NCBI GenBank assembly: GCA_902491535.1
Contig: CABUHS010000007.1
Coordinates: forward strand, 17,743 to 81,742
DNA length: 64,000 nt
Direction: 5' to 3'
Source: an uncultured Eubacteriales bacterium
GTDB lineage: Bacteria > Bacillota > Clostridia > Oscillospirales > CAG-272
The stretch's first letter is position 1. Each line of letters begins with the position of its first letter. This document shows, in pieces, positions 28,621 through 38,560 of this stretch. A model generated the notes under the pieces. That model was not told the origin of the DNA and searched no databases. It was given only the letters and a program-made list of their open reading frames with translations. A program made the translations under genes and the position numbers.

Positions 28621-28649
28621 ATTATACCACTTCAGCGGCAGCATGTCAA
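28621..28649 (-). promoter_or_regulatory. consensus sigma-A promoter of the infC operon
   Basis: Minus strand reads TTGACA, 17 nt, TATAAT. Confidence 0.6.
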
Positions 28650-28874
28650 TAGTTTTAGACAAAAAAATCATTTTATTTTTATATTTTAAACATTTTGACT
28701 TATATTGCAGTTCATAAAGCGATCATGCTCCCGAACTCCCGTGAAACACAGTATCAAAACCTTACAAAACTACTTGAAAAATAAAACCTCGTATGATATA
28801 ATTATTTTATATAATGTAATACTATGTTTTCTATACAGACTATATACGCGTATAAAAAGGAGGCGGTATCACAA

Positions 28875-30818
28875 TTGAATAACACACATGTATACGACCT
28901 CCGTAAAGCTCCTCCGGGATACAGCGGAAAAACAAGTCTGCATGACGGAACACGTCTTATTCAAATAAACAACTCCGTAGATAAACCTGCACACAAATAT
29001 AATAACGGTGCAAAAGGCGGCAGCAATATAACAGCACAGCCGGACAGCCGTAAACGCTCCGCCAGATCAGAGGAATCACGTGCAAAAAACAGCCAGCCCC
29101 GCCATAATGCGCCGCCGTACGCCGCAGAAGTTCCGACCCGCTCAGAAAACAGACACAGCAGTACGGTATTTTCGGATGAGCATGTGCATACAAATGATAA
29201 TAAACGTACAGACCGCCCGAAACACAGCGGCATACCCGGAACCGGCAAAGCCGCTCAAAGCAGCAATTCAAAGTCTCCAACCGAAAACAAACGAAAAAAA
29301 GACAAAAAAAGCCGCGTACTACATAACGAATCCTTTGGCGGCGTAAAGCACATCGGCGGATCGGAAACTGAAAAAGCCGTGCAGAATAACGAACGGCAAC
29401 AAAAAAACAGTGCCGCAGAATACAGCGTAAACAATAAAAGATATAAACAATACGAAAGCCGAAATGCACCGTCTGACAGATATCCCGTAAAAGAAGCAGA
29501 CAGAAGCAGACAGATAAACGCGCATAATAATGAAAAAAGGGACAGAGGCAGGCAAAACGGATATCCTCAACCTAATGATAGATATACCGTCACAGAGAAC
29601 ATTCAAAACACCCGCGGCATGCGCACATCCGCATACGATACAAACCGCCCTTCGGATCGCGAAAGCCCGCAGAGGAAAATAAGAGTACCTCAAGCGGATC
29701 AAAAAGCCGCGCAAGCAGCTTCTTCCGGAATAATACAGACAGAACACGTAAGCCGAACTCCGCCGGAGAACAATCGGCGCAGCAGCTATAACAAAATTCA
29801 GCAACTCCGGAAAAACAGCCGGTATAACGCCGATAGACCAAATCCGTACAATTCGAATCCGGTATATAGTTACGGAAGCAGAAGCTCCGAAAATCCTCCG
29901 GAAAATCACCGCCGCTCCTCTCAGCGGCCGTCAAGACAAGAACATAAGCCTGAAAAGCCGAAAATGACAGCCGAAGAACGACGGATGATAGCCGCCGCCG
30001 AGGAAGCACGTAAAAAAGCGGAATCACAGCTTAAGCTCGAAGAGGCTGAGCGAAAAAAGGCCAATAACAACCGCAGGCGAGCTGAGATACGAAAACGCCG
30101 AAAAGCTTCCGTCAAGGAACTCAGAGCGGAGCTTTTCAGTATGCTGCTCGATTCCGTTCCTCTCTTCATTATGTTTCTGATAGCAACAGTTCTGATCGGC
30201 GGAATCGCCGTACTTTCTTTCACAGTCGCTCTGCGTGTCAACTTTTCCGTTGGCCCGGATACTGTAATTTATCAGATCGGAGAGGATAAGGAACGCGGCA
30301 CCGAGACATTACGCCTTTCTGCGAATAAATATATCAGAGACGGTGTACTTTATATGAGTATGGACGATTTCGCCGAACGTTTTGAATTTACAACCGTCGG
30401 AACTCCCGATGAACTTAAGTATATTTCAAGAGTCAGCGAAAATATAATGAAAGTAAAGATCGGATCATCGTTTGTTACGGTAAATGATATTCCGCTCCGA
30501 CTTTCCGATCCGGTAATACGGGACGGAAAGGAAGTGCTTGTTCCGTATGACTTTTTTGCAAGCTATGTATCCGGATTTTCTATATCCTACGACGGAGAAA
30601 AAGCCAAAATAAAACTGCTGCGTGACATAGCTGATTATACGGTTTCGGTCGGAGAAGGAAAACTGCCGGTTTATGCAAATATCGGATTCATTCCGAGCGG
30701 ATACACCGAGACTCCGAATATAATCGAAAATTCACTTCCTGCGTCCGTATACGCCGCCACAGATCCGAATCCTCCGCCGCCAGAGCCGGAACCTGCAGCT
30801 GCGAATACAGCTCAATAG
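28875..30818 (+). CDS. single-pass membrane protein: basic low-complexity N-terminal region of about 400 aa, a TM helix, and a C-terminal domain resembling copper-amine-oxidase N-terminal (stalk) domains
   Basis: The preferred start is TTG at 28875, with AAGGAGG 10 nt upstream. The ORF track start at 28824 is in the same frame. TM helix: LFIMFLIATVLIGGIAVLSFTVAL. The motif PPEN(N/H)RRSS occurs twice. Confidence 0.6.
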   Translation: MNNTHVYDLRKAPPGYSGKTSLHDGTRLIQINNSVDKPAHKYNNGAKGGSNITAQPDSRKRSARSEESRAKNSQPRHNAPPYAAEVPTRSENRHSSTVFSDEHVHTNDNKRTDRPKHSGIPGTGKAAQSSNSKSPTENKRKKDKKSRVLHNESFGGVKHIGGSETEKAVQNNERQQKNSAAEYSVNNKRYKQYESRNAPSDRYPVKEADRSRQINAHNNEKRDRGRQNGYPQPNDRYTVTENIQNTRGMRTSAYDTNRPSDRESPQRKIRVPQADQKAAQAASSGIIQTEHVSRTPPENNRRSSYNKIQQLRKNSRYNADRPNPYNSNPVYSYGSRSSENPPENHRRSSQRPSRQEHKPEKPKMTAEERRMIAAAEEARKKAESQLKLEEAERKKANNNRRRAEIRKRRKASVKELRAELFSMLLDSVPLFIMFLIATVLIGGIAVLSFTVALRVNFSVGPDTVIYQIGEDKERGTETLRLSANKYIRDGVLYMSMDDFAERFEFTTVGTPDELKYISRVSENIMKVKIGSSFVTVNDIPLRLSDPVIRDGKEVLVPYDFFASYVSGFSISYDGEKAKIKLLRDIADYTVSVGEGKLPVYANIGFIPSGYTETPNIIENSLPASVYAATDPNPPPPEPEPAAANTAQ

Positions 30819-30882
30819 TTTATTTCCTGTTTAATAATTAAATTTTACGTTTAATCATAAATTTTTGCGAGGTTGATACACA

Positions 30883-31938
30883 TTGGATAACCGAAACAAT
30901 TATACAAGGCAGAGTCACGGAAATCTTCAGTACCGTGCCGATGCGCCGAAAAGACCACCGCAAAGTCCATCGGCGCGAACACCGGAAAATACCGGAAACG
31001 CATTTATACGTGATACCTCAAGAGCGCGTATCGAGCGTGCAAAAGCACGCGAAAGACGCAGGCGCAGACGCCGGATCATAAATATAACCACCATGCTTGT
31101 GCTTTTCGCCGTACTCATACTGATAATTGCGGTAATTGCTAAAATTATATCCGGAGATTCCGAACCGCCAGTAAAACCTGACGGAAATACGGCATTGCCA
31201 TCTCAGACAGATACAACGGAAAAGACAGATACCGTCACCGACGCAGTAACAGAACCGCTGACAGGTCCTGCGGCATACGGCATAACATTTGTTTCCGACC
31301 TTTCGGAATATGAGCAATACATGGATCCTGAAAACCGAAATGACTATATGATAGTAGTAAACAAAGGATCTCTTCTTGACGAAAACTACAAGCCTGACGA
31401 TCTTGCCGATCTTACCGATACACGTGCAGACGGACGCGAAACTCAGAGGATGAGACTTGCCGCCGCGAAAGCTATCGAGGCAATGTTTATTGAGATGCGC
31501 GCATGCGGATATACAGACGTTTCGATAACGAGTGCTTACCGTCCGTACAGCCAGCAAAAATATCTGTTCGAAAAATATACCGCGGACGAACTGAAAAGCC
31601 ATCCGGGCTGGACACTGGAACAGGCAGAGGCGGAAGTCGAAACATACTCGGCGCGCCCCGGAACAAGCGAACATCAGACAGGACTTTGCTGCGACCTGCA
31701 CAATCTTCCGTCGGCAGACAAACGCTTTGCAAACGAAGAAGCCTATACATGGCTTTGTGACAACGCATGGAAATTCGGTTTTATACTTCGCTATCCCGAG
31801 GATAAAACATCAACGACAGGATACGATTTCGAGCCGTGGCATTACCGCTTCGTCGGACGCTATAATGCGCAGAAGATCCGCGAGCAGGGGTTGTGTCTTG
31901 AAGAATATGCCGCTCAGCAAAATCAAGTTACAAACTAA
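30883..31938 (+). CDS. M15-family D-alanyl-D-alanine carboxypeptidase (VanY-like), membrane anchored
   Basis: Motifs SAYRPYSQQ, SEHQTGLCCDL and EPWHYRFVG. It has an N-terminal RRRRRR-TM anchor and a TTG start. Confidence 0.85.
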   Translation: MDNRNNYTRQSHGNLQYRADAPKRPPQSPSARTPENTGNAFIRDTSRARIERAKARERRRRRRRIINITTMLVLFAVLILIIAVIAKIISGDSEPPVKPDGNTALPSQTDTTEKTDTVTDAVTEPLTGPAAYGITFVSDLSEYEQYMDPENRNDYMIVVNKGSLLDENYKPDDLADLTDTRADGRETQRMRLAAAKAIEAMFIEMRACGYTDVSITSAYRPYSQQKYLFEKYTADELKSHPGWTLEQAEAEVETYSARPGTSEHQTGLCCDLHNLPSADKRFANEEAYTWLCDNAWKFGFILRYPEDKTSTTGYDFEPWHYRFVGRYNAQKIREQGLCLEEYAAQQNQVTN

Positions 31939-31984
31939 AAAATATAAAAAATCACAGTTCAAAAGGTAAAACAAGAGGTACAAA

Positions 31985-33919
31985 ATGGCAAAATACGTTC
32001 CCTATCCGCTTTTTCACGATGATATGCCAGTAGACATATCCTTTGTATTCGAGTCCGAGCGCCCCGCCGGAAAGCACGGATTTATGCGCGCATGCGAAGA
32101 CCATTTCGAATTCGAGGATGGTACCAAAGCGCGCTTCTGGGGTGTTAACTTCAACGGCGGCGCATGCTTTCCCACACATGAATATTCAGAAATGGTTGCC
32201 GAAAGACTTGCAAAAGCAGGATGCAATATAGTCCGCTTTCATCAGCTCGATGCTGAATGGGACTGTCCCAATATCTTCTCCTTTACGCGAGGAAAGCGCC
32301 TTGCTTCAACAAGAGAACTTGATCCGCGAAGCATGGAGCGTCTCGATTATCTTATCTACTGTCTCAAGCAGCAGGGTATCTACTGCTATCTCGACATGCT
32401 CACATACAGACGTTACAAATCCGGAGATGAAGTCAAAGCCGCAGAGGATATGATCGATTCCACAAAATATCCGTTCAACTGTTTCGACAGACGCATGATA
32501 GAGCTTCAGAAGGAATTCATTCACGACATCTGGAATCATTTCAACCCGTACACCTGCGAAAAATACAAGGACGATCCGGTATTCGTCATGACCGAGATCA
32601 TCAACGAAAACGATCTTTTCAGCAAGCCTAACTTCACCGTCGAGCCCTATACTTCCAAGTTCCGTGAAATGTTCGCCGCATGGCTTGCGGAAAACGGCAT
32701 TGAATTCGATGCAGCAAACTGCGATCTTACCGCGAACGACGGCGTGCTTTCCGACTTCAAGGTACACGTGGAAAGAAAATATTTCCGTGAAATGCGTGAC
32801 TATATGATATCTATCGGAGTTAAAATACCGATAACCGGAACCAACTGGTTCTTCAACGATGCGCTTACAAGCGCGCACACCGAAATGGACTTCATGGATA
32901 CGCATTCATATTTCTATGACTGGCGTTGGAACGACCACTGCACGCGTCTCGACTCGCTCACCGACCAGGAGGACTGCGATCTTGCGAGAATCCTGCGCGA
33001 ACGCGTCGACGGACTTCCTTTCTTTGTTTCCGAATGGGATATGCCGTGGCCTAACCCTTGCAGAGCAGAAAGTCCGCTCCTCTTCGCTGCGGCAGGCTCG
33101 TACCAGGATTGGTCAGGCTTTGCAATACATACATATGCCTATACAACACGCCTCGATAAGCTCGATATTCTCGGAAAGGAAATCATTCCGCCGTGCATCG
33201 ACGGCGTAGGATACCGCGAGGGAGTATTCTCTGTATGGAACGATCCCGCAAAATTCGGCATGTTCCTTCACAGCGCACTTATAACCAGACGCGAGGATGT
33301 AAAGCCTGCATCGGATAAAGTTACAATAAAGGTCGGGAACGATGCACAGGAAGCATTCCGCGCAGCTACCGAATACAAGAAAGTCGGTGTAAGCTTTGAC
33401 CGCGGCGAAGATGCATCCAAGCCTCTGTTTGACGTAGATGCAGGAGAAGTCACCTCTACCGACGGTCAGCTCTACCGAAGCTGGAAAAAGAATTTCGGAT
33501 ACATAAACTCCGAAAGAACAAAAGCGGTATACGGCAGACTCGGCAAAAACGGCGAAATCGCAATGGACGGTCTGACCGTAAAAGCTGACAGCGATTGCGG
33601 CGTAATTGCAATATCTTCCCTTTCGGACGTTCCGCTCTCAGAGACAGACAATATACTTATTACCGCCCTGTGCGATGCAGTAAATACCGATATGAAATGG
33701 GACGGAGACCATATGCTTGAATACGGTCACGCACCCGTTCAGGTAAAGGTCATGGAAGCAGAGATCAAGCTGCGCGTATGCGGCAAAATGAGAATCCGCT
33801 CGGTAGGTCCGGAAGCTCAGTATACCGGAGAGATACCGACCGAGTACAAGGACGGCTTCATCAGCTTTAAGCTCGGAGACGTTCATCCCGGAATGTACTA
33901 TCTTATGACACGTGAATAA
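31985..33919 (+). CDS. TIM-barrel glycoside hydrolase (GH5-like), no signal peptide
   Basis: Motifs RFWGVNF, NIVRFHQLD, TEIINENDLF (acid/base NE motif) and FVSEWDMPW (candidate nucleophile E). 644 aa with a C-terminal beta domain. Confidence 0.6.
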   Translation: MAKYVPYPLFHDDMPVDISFVFESERPAGKHGFMRACEDHFEFEDGTKARFWGVNFNGGACFPTHEYSEMVAERLAKAGCNIVRFHQLDAEWDCPNIFSFTRGKRLASTRELDPRSMERLDYLIYCLKQQGIYCYLDMLTYRRYKSGDEVKAAEDMIDSTKYPFNCFDRRMIELQKEFIHDIWNHFNPYTCEKYKDDPVFVMTEIINENDLFSKPNFTVEPYTSKFREMFAAWLAENGIEFDAANCDLTANDGVLSDFKVHVERKYFREMRDYMISIGVKIPITGTNWFFNDALTSAHTEMDFMDTHSYFYDWRWNDHCTRLDSLTDQEDCDLARILRERVDGLPFFVSEWDMPWPNPCRAESPLLFAAAGSYQDWSGFAIHTYAYTTRLDKLDILGKEIIPPCIDGVGYREGVFSVWNDPAKFGMFLHSALITRREDVKPASDKVTIKVGNDAQEAFRAATEYKKVGVSFDRGEDASKPLFDVDAGEVTSTDGQLYRSWKKNFGYINSERTKAVYGRLGKNGEIAMDGLTVKADSDCGVIAISSLSDVPLSETDNILITALCDAVNTDMKWDGDHMLEYGHAPVQVKVMEAEIKLRVCGKMRIRSVGPEAQYTGEIPTEYKDGFISFKLGDVHPGMYYLMTRE

Positions 33920-34036
33920 AAAAGTGCTGTCTCTGTTCTAAATACCTGATCAAGGAAAACAACATATATTATTCCCTGCAGGCAAAGTACAGATTGCTAT
34001 TAATTCCACTGTCACATCTATTTTTTAACTGCAAAT

Positions 34037-34090
34037 TAAAAAATGCTTATCCTATCGAATGTCAGATTCGGTTTGATAAGCATTTTTATT
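34037..34090. terminator. intrinsic terminator after the glycoside hydrolase gene
   Basis: Stem aatgcttatc / gataagcatt with an inner hairpin and flanking A/T runs. Confidence 0.6.
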
Positions 34091-34293
34091 GTGCAATAAT
34101 AAAATTACGTAGTACCCGCACACAACCTTATTATTGCGTCAGCAGGTCGGGTTCTTACTCTAAAACAACAAGATTCTGAGTTGGTTTCTTATTTTAACAT
34201 CATAATGCGTATTTAAAACCGAAAATGGGAATACTTTTGAGTAATACACCGTAAAAGCAGTGTATATTTTAATTGAACAGGTACGGTATATAA

Positions 34294-35292
34294 ATGAATA
34301 TAACTCAAAATTCATACAGAAAAAGCTCTCATGTGAAGAGAAAAATCGCAATTGTCGGGGCCGGATACGTCGGAACAAGCTGCGCATTTGCAATTTTGAA
34401 TCAAAAGCTATGCGACGACATGGTACTGATCGACACCGACATTGCGCGCGCAGAGGGCGAGGCAGCAGATCTTGCTCACGGTGTCGCATTTTCAGGTACA
34501 AACATGCATATATTTGCAGGAAGTTACAGCGACTGTTCAGACGCAGATATAATGATAATCGCCGCAGGAGCAGCTCAGGTTCCCGGAGAAACCCGAAGCG
34601 ATGCAAGGATTCTGCGGCGCAACAGCGAAACGGTAAAATCGATTACCCGGAGCGCCGTATCCGCCGGATTTTCCGGAATTTTTATTGTAGCTACAAACCC
34701 CGTTGACGTTATGTCTTCTATCGTATATATGCATTCGGGATTTCCGGCGGCAAGAATAATCGGAAGCGGAACAACACTTGATACCGCCAGACTCAGATAT
34801 CTCCTCGGCAGTTATTTCGAAGTCGACCCGAGAAATGTACATGCTTATGTGATCGGAGAACACGGAGACACAGAGTTTGTTCCTTGGTCGTCTGCCTATA
34901 TCGGAGTTAAACCGATACGGTCATTGTGTAAAGAGCATCCGCTGCGTTTTTCGGAAAAGGAGCTGTCCGATATTGAACAGCAGGTACGGACCTCTGCATA
35001 CAAAATAATTGCAGCAAAACAGGCAACAAGCTACGGAATCGGCATGGCGCTTGCCCGTATCATACGTGCGGTATTCGGAGATGAACACAGCATTCTGACT
35101 GTATCCTCGCTCATTGAAGGAGAGTACGGTATCGGGAACATCTGGCTCGGCACTCCGTGTACAGTCGGAGGAGACGGAGTTATAGGAAAGCTGAAAATCG
35201 CTCTGACCGACGAAGAACTACAGAAAATAAAACTTTCCGCCGATAAGATAAAAAAAGATCTTTCCGCCGCAGAGCCTGAAAAAATATTTTAA
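34294..35292 (+). CDS. ldh: L-lactate dehydrogenase
   Basis: Motifs KIAIVGAGYVGTS, ATNPVD, GSGTTLDTARLR and VIGEHGDTEF. Confidence 0.9.
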   Translation: MNITQNSYRKSSHVKRKIAIVGAGYVGTSCAFAILNQKLCDDMVLIDTDIARAEGEAADLAHGVAFSGTNMHIFAGSYSDCSDADIMIIAAGAAQVPGETRSDARILRRNSETVKSITRSAVSAGFSGIFIVATNPVDVMSSIVYMHSGFPAARIIGSGTTLDTARLRYLLGSYFEVDPRNVHAYVIGEHGDTEFVPWSSAYIGVKPIRSLCKEHPLRFSEKELSDIEQQVRTSAYKIIAAKQATSYGIGMALARIIRAVFGDEHSILTVSSLIEGEYGIGNIWLGTPCTVGGDGVIGKLKIALTDEELQKIKLSADKIKKDLSAAEPEKIF

Positions 35293-35378
35293 GATACGTA
35301 AAAATCAGATATTTTCGCATAATTATGCAGAATATCTGATTTTTATTCTGTAAATTGTTTTTTATCGTCACTTTGTTG

Positions 35379-35407
35379 TTGACAGAAAGAAACTTTTCGA
35401 ATATAAT
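35379..35407 (+). promoter_or_regulatory. consensus sigma-A promoter for aspartate kinase
   Basis: TTGACA, 17 nt, TATAAT. The leader is too short for a riboswitch. Confidence 0.55.
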
Positions 35408-35470
35408 AATAAGAGTTATTTTATTATGATGGAATAAGTATTATTCGGAAAGACAGAGGATCATATCCCG

Positions 35471-36793
35471 ATGCAGAAGAATTTAAAAACAGCAAAATTC
35501 GGCGGAAGTTCGCTGGCAAGCGCCGAACAGTTCAAAAAAGTAATAGACATTATACTCTCTGATCCGAGTATAAAATATGTAGTACCCTCGGCTCCGGGTA
35601 AGCGCTATAACGGAGATTTCAAGGTTACCGACAAGCTTTACGAATGCTATGAACTTGCTTCTACCGGCCATAATATAGATGCAGTATATCATCAGTTTGA
35701 AGAAAGATACCGCGACATCGTCGAAGGTCTCGGAATGGACTACTCTCTCGACGATGAATTCGCCAAAATAAAAATGTCAGTCATTCATAACGCGGGGCGC
35801 GATTATGCGGCAAGCCGCGGAGAATATCTGAACGCAAAGATACTCGCAAAGTATCTCGGATTTGAATTTATAGACGCAAAAGAAATCATTTTCTTTACAG
35901 ATAACGGTCTTCTTGACACCGATAAAACATATTCGGTAATGAGCGAGCGCCTCAAAAACGTTGAAAAAGCCGTAATACCCGGATTTTACGGTTCAATGCC
36001 CAATGATACTATAAAGACTTTTTCGCGCGGCGGCTCAGATATCACCGGAGCGATAGTTGCACGCGCGGTCGGCTGCGATATATATGAGAACTGGACAGAT
36101 GTTTCCGGCTTCCTTATGGCAGATCCCCGCATTGTAAAAGATCCAAAGGTTATCGACGTTATAACATACAATGAGCTTCGCGAGCTTTCCTACATGGGCG
36201 CGGGCGTTCTTCATGAAGATGCCGTCTTCCCGGTAAGACTTATGGGAATACCGATCAACATCAGAAACACAAACGCTCCGGAGGATAACGGAACAATGAT
36301 TGTCGCATCATGTGATAACAAAACTCCTGAAAACCCGATTACAGGTATAGCAGGCAAAAAAGGTTTCTGTTCAATAACTATTGAGAAGGACATGATGAAC
36401 TCAGAGGTCGGCTTTACACGCCGCGTTCTGTCCGTTCTCGAAAAAGAAAACATATCGTTCGAACATATTCCGTCAGGAATAGATACCCTCAGCATAATCA
36501 TGTCCTCAAAAACGATCGAGGGTAAGCATGACACCATTCTGCGCAGCCTTTGCAATGCAGTACAGCCCGACAGCGTTTTCATCGAAGATCATATCGCTCT
36601 CATTGCAGTTGTCGGACGCGGAATGAGAAGCGCTACAGGGACAGCAGCACGCGCTATCGGAGCGGTTGCAAAAGCAAACATAAATCTCGTCATGATAGAT
36701 CAGGGTTCGAGCGAGCTTAATATAATTCTCGGCGTTAACGAAAATGACCTTGAAGCAGCTATATCTGCTATTTATAACGAATTCAACAGCTGA
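35471..36793 (+). CDS. aspartate kinase (kinase domain plus C-terminal ACT domains)
   Basis: Motifs KFGGSSLAS, SRGGSDITGA and C-terminal ACT repeats (IALIAVVGRGM). 440 aa. Confidence 0.9.
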   Translation: MQKNLKTAKFGGSSLASAEQFKKVIDIILSDPSIKYVVPSAPGKRYNGDFKVTDKLYECYELASTGHNIDAVYHQFEERYRDIVEGLGMDYSLDDEFAKIKMSVIHNAGRDYAASRGEYLNAKILAKYLGFEFIDAKEIIFFTDNGLLDTDKTYSVMSERLKNVEKAVIPGFYGSMPNDTIKTFSRGGSDITGAIVARAVGCDIYENWTDVSGFLMADPRIVKDPKVIDVITYNELRELSYMGAGVLHEDAVFPVRLMGIPINIRNTNAPEDNGTMIVASCDNKTPENPITGIAGKKGFCSITIEKDMMNSEVGFTRRVLSVLEKENISFEHIPSGIDTLSIIMSSKTIEGKHDTILRSLCNAVQPDSVFIEDHIALIAVVGRGMRSATGTAARAIGAVAKANINLVMIDQGSSELNIILGVNENDLEAAISAIYNEFNS

Positions 36794-36805
36794 ATATAAA
36801 TCCCA

Positions 36806-36845
36806 CAAAAAAATCCTGACTGCGAACGCAGTCAGGATTTTTTCA
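36806..36845. terminator. bidirectional terminator between aspartate kinase and the histidine kinase gene
   Basis: Stem aaatcctgact / agtcaggattt with A-run and T-run flanks. Confidence 0.8.
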
Positions 36846-36887
36846 TGTCCTTCGGATTTAACACAGAAAGCGCAGTCCTTTTACAAC

Positions 36888-37889
36888 TTACAAAGTGAAG
36901 ATCAATTTTATTCCGAATCCGCTTTCATACGGTATGACAGGATCTGTTTCAACCTCAGCGCAGAGCTGCTGCGCATATTTGCGAACAAGATAAAGCCCCA
37001 TACCGGTAGCTTTGCTCCCGTCCTGACTGCCTCCGGTAAATCCCTTATCGAAGATAAAAGGCGCGTCGCAGGGCGGTACGCCCTTTCCGTTGTTATATAC
37101 GGACAGATACACTTTTCTTTGATCCTGTTTCACAGAAATAAATACTTCTCCGTTTTCCGGATCAGCATACTTCAATGCATTATCTAAAAGCTGTCGCAGC
37201 ATAAATACAAGCACTCTTTTATCAGTTATCACCTCTGCATGATCAAGCTCTGTCATAACAGAAATATTATTTTCCTCAGCAAATACCGAATACTCGGCAG
37301 CAAGCTCCGATGCGCATTCATCTGCCCGTACTTTAACAAATTTATAATCGGAATGGTCGGTCTGAAGTCTTGCATAATAAAGTATCTGCTCGACCGATTC
37401 CCTCAGTTTATGGCCTGTATAGCTCATCCTTCCGTAAACATACGGCGACATTTCATCTTTACGGTTGGTAAGCACAAGCGAATTAAGAAAAAGCGGTGTT
37501 TTTATCTCATGTACCCACTCTTCGATATACTCCCGATATTCCTCAAGCTCCAGAGTTTTACCGTTTATCTGCTCAGATTGCATCAAAAGCTGACGGCACA
37601 CAAGCTCCGCTGCAGACAACCACTGTACGCCGGACACACGTATAAGCTCTTTTTCGGTCTCTGTTCCGGGAGAGTCTACAAGCCGCTTTACTGCTTCGGA
37701 TATTCGCTTTATGCGCTTCCTCTCAAGAAATGTTCCGACAATAAGTATCGCCGACGAAAACAGCAATATAAACAAACTGACTCCGATAATCGCTTCAGGT
37801 CTTAATATCCATACGAGAAAAACAAATACAAGATCGGTCACAGCGAGCAAAACCGTAAAATGAGTTATACTGCCCGTTATCTTTCTCAT
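36888..37889 (-). CDS. intramembrane-sensing histidine kinase (BceS-like)
   Basis: Two N-terminal TM helices with almost no extracellular loop, an H-box (WVHEIKTPL) and an HATPase_c domain (DNALKY...GMGLYLV). Confidence 0.85.
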   Translation of the reverse strand: MRKITGSITHFTVLLAVTDLVFVFLVWILRPEAIIGVSLFILLFSSAILIVGTFLERKRIKRISEAVKRLVDSPGTETEKELIRVSGVQWLSAAELVCRQLLMQSEQINGKTLELEEYREYIEEWVHEIKTPLFLNSLVLTNRKDEMSPYVYGRMSYTGHKLRESVEQILYYARLQTDHSDYKFVKVRADECASELAAEYSVFAEENNISVMTELDHAEVITDKRVLVFMLRQLLDNALKYADPENGEVFISVKQDQRKVYLSVYNNGKGVPPCDAPFIFDKGFTGGSQDGSKATGMGLYLVRKYAQQLCAEVETDPVIPYESGFGIKLIFTL

Positions 37890-38554
37890 TTCACATCCCC
37901 CAGTTTGTATCCGTATCCCCTGACAGTTTCCACGATACCGCCGATTTCTATCTCAGAAAGGTTTTTGCGAAGCCTTGTAATATTTACCTGAAGAATATTT
38001 TCATCGACAAATTCCTCCGTTCCCCAAACGGAGAAAAAGATATTGCGGCGGGAAACAGCATTCGGATAATTCTCCATAAGCAATCTGAGTATCTTTCCCT
38101 CAGTTTCAGGTAAAACAAGCATTTTTTCATTGTATACGAGCTTGTATGTATCTGTATCCAAAATGAGAGATCCCGTCTGAATAAGTCCCTTAACCCTGCC
38201 ATAGTTTCTAAAGAGATGTTCGGCGCGCGCAACAAGCCTGTCCGGATGGCACGGTTTTGTAAGGAAATCATCAGCGCCTATGCCGAGCGCCGTAAGTTCG
38301 TCGTCGAGTGTATCCCTTGCCGTAAGTATAAGCACGGGAACCGACATGCACGCCTTCACCGATCTGCAAATTTCAAAACCCGATCTGCCGGGAAGGTTCA
38401 CGTCCAGTACGATAAGTTCGGGCGCAAGCTGTTCAAGCTCCGCTTCGGCATCGTCAAACGACGTTATCCCGATTGCAGAGTGTCCTTTCTTTATAAAGGT
38501 ATCAGTTATTTCATTTCGAAGATAAACGTCATCCTCTATGACGGCGATCCTCAT
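37886..38554 (-). CDS. OmpR-family response regulator (BceR-like)
   Basis: Receiver domain (MRIAVIEDD...LDVNLPG) plus a winged-helix output (TVRGYGYKL). It overlaps the kinase gene by 4 nt. Confidence 0.9.
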   Translation of the reverse strand: MRIAVIEDDVYLRNEITDTFIKKGHSAIGITSFDDAEAELEQLAPELIVLDVNLPGRSGFEICRSVKACMSVPVLILTARDTLDDELTALGIGADDFLTKPCHPDRLVARAEHLFRNYGRVKGLIQTGSLILDTDTYKLVYNEKMLVLPETEGKILRLLMENYPNAVSRRNIFFSVWGTEEFVDENILQVNITRLRKNLSEIEIGGIVETVRGYGYKLGDVK

Positions 38555-38560
38555 GAACCG

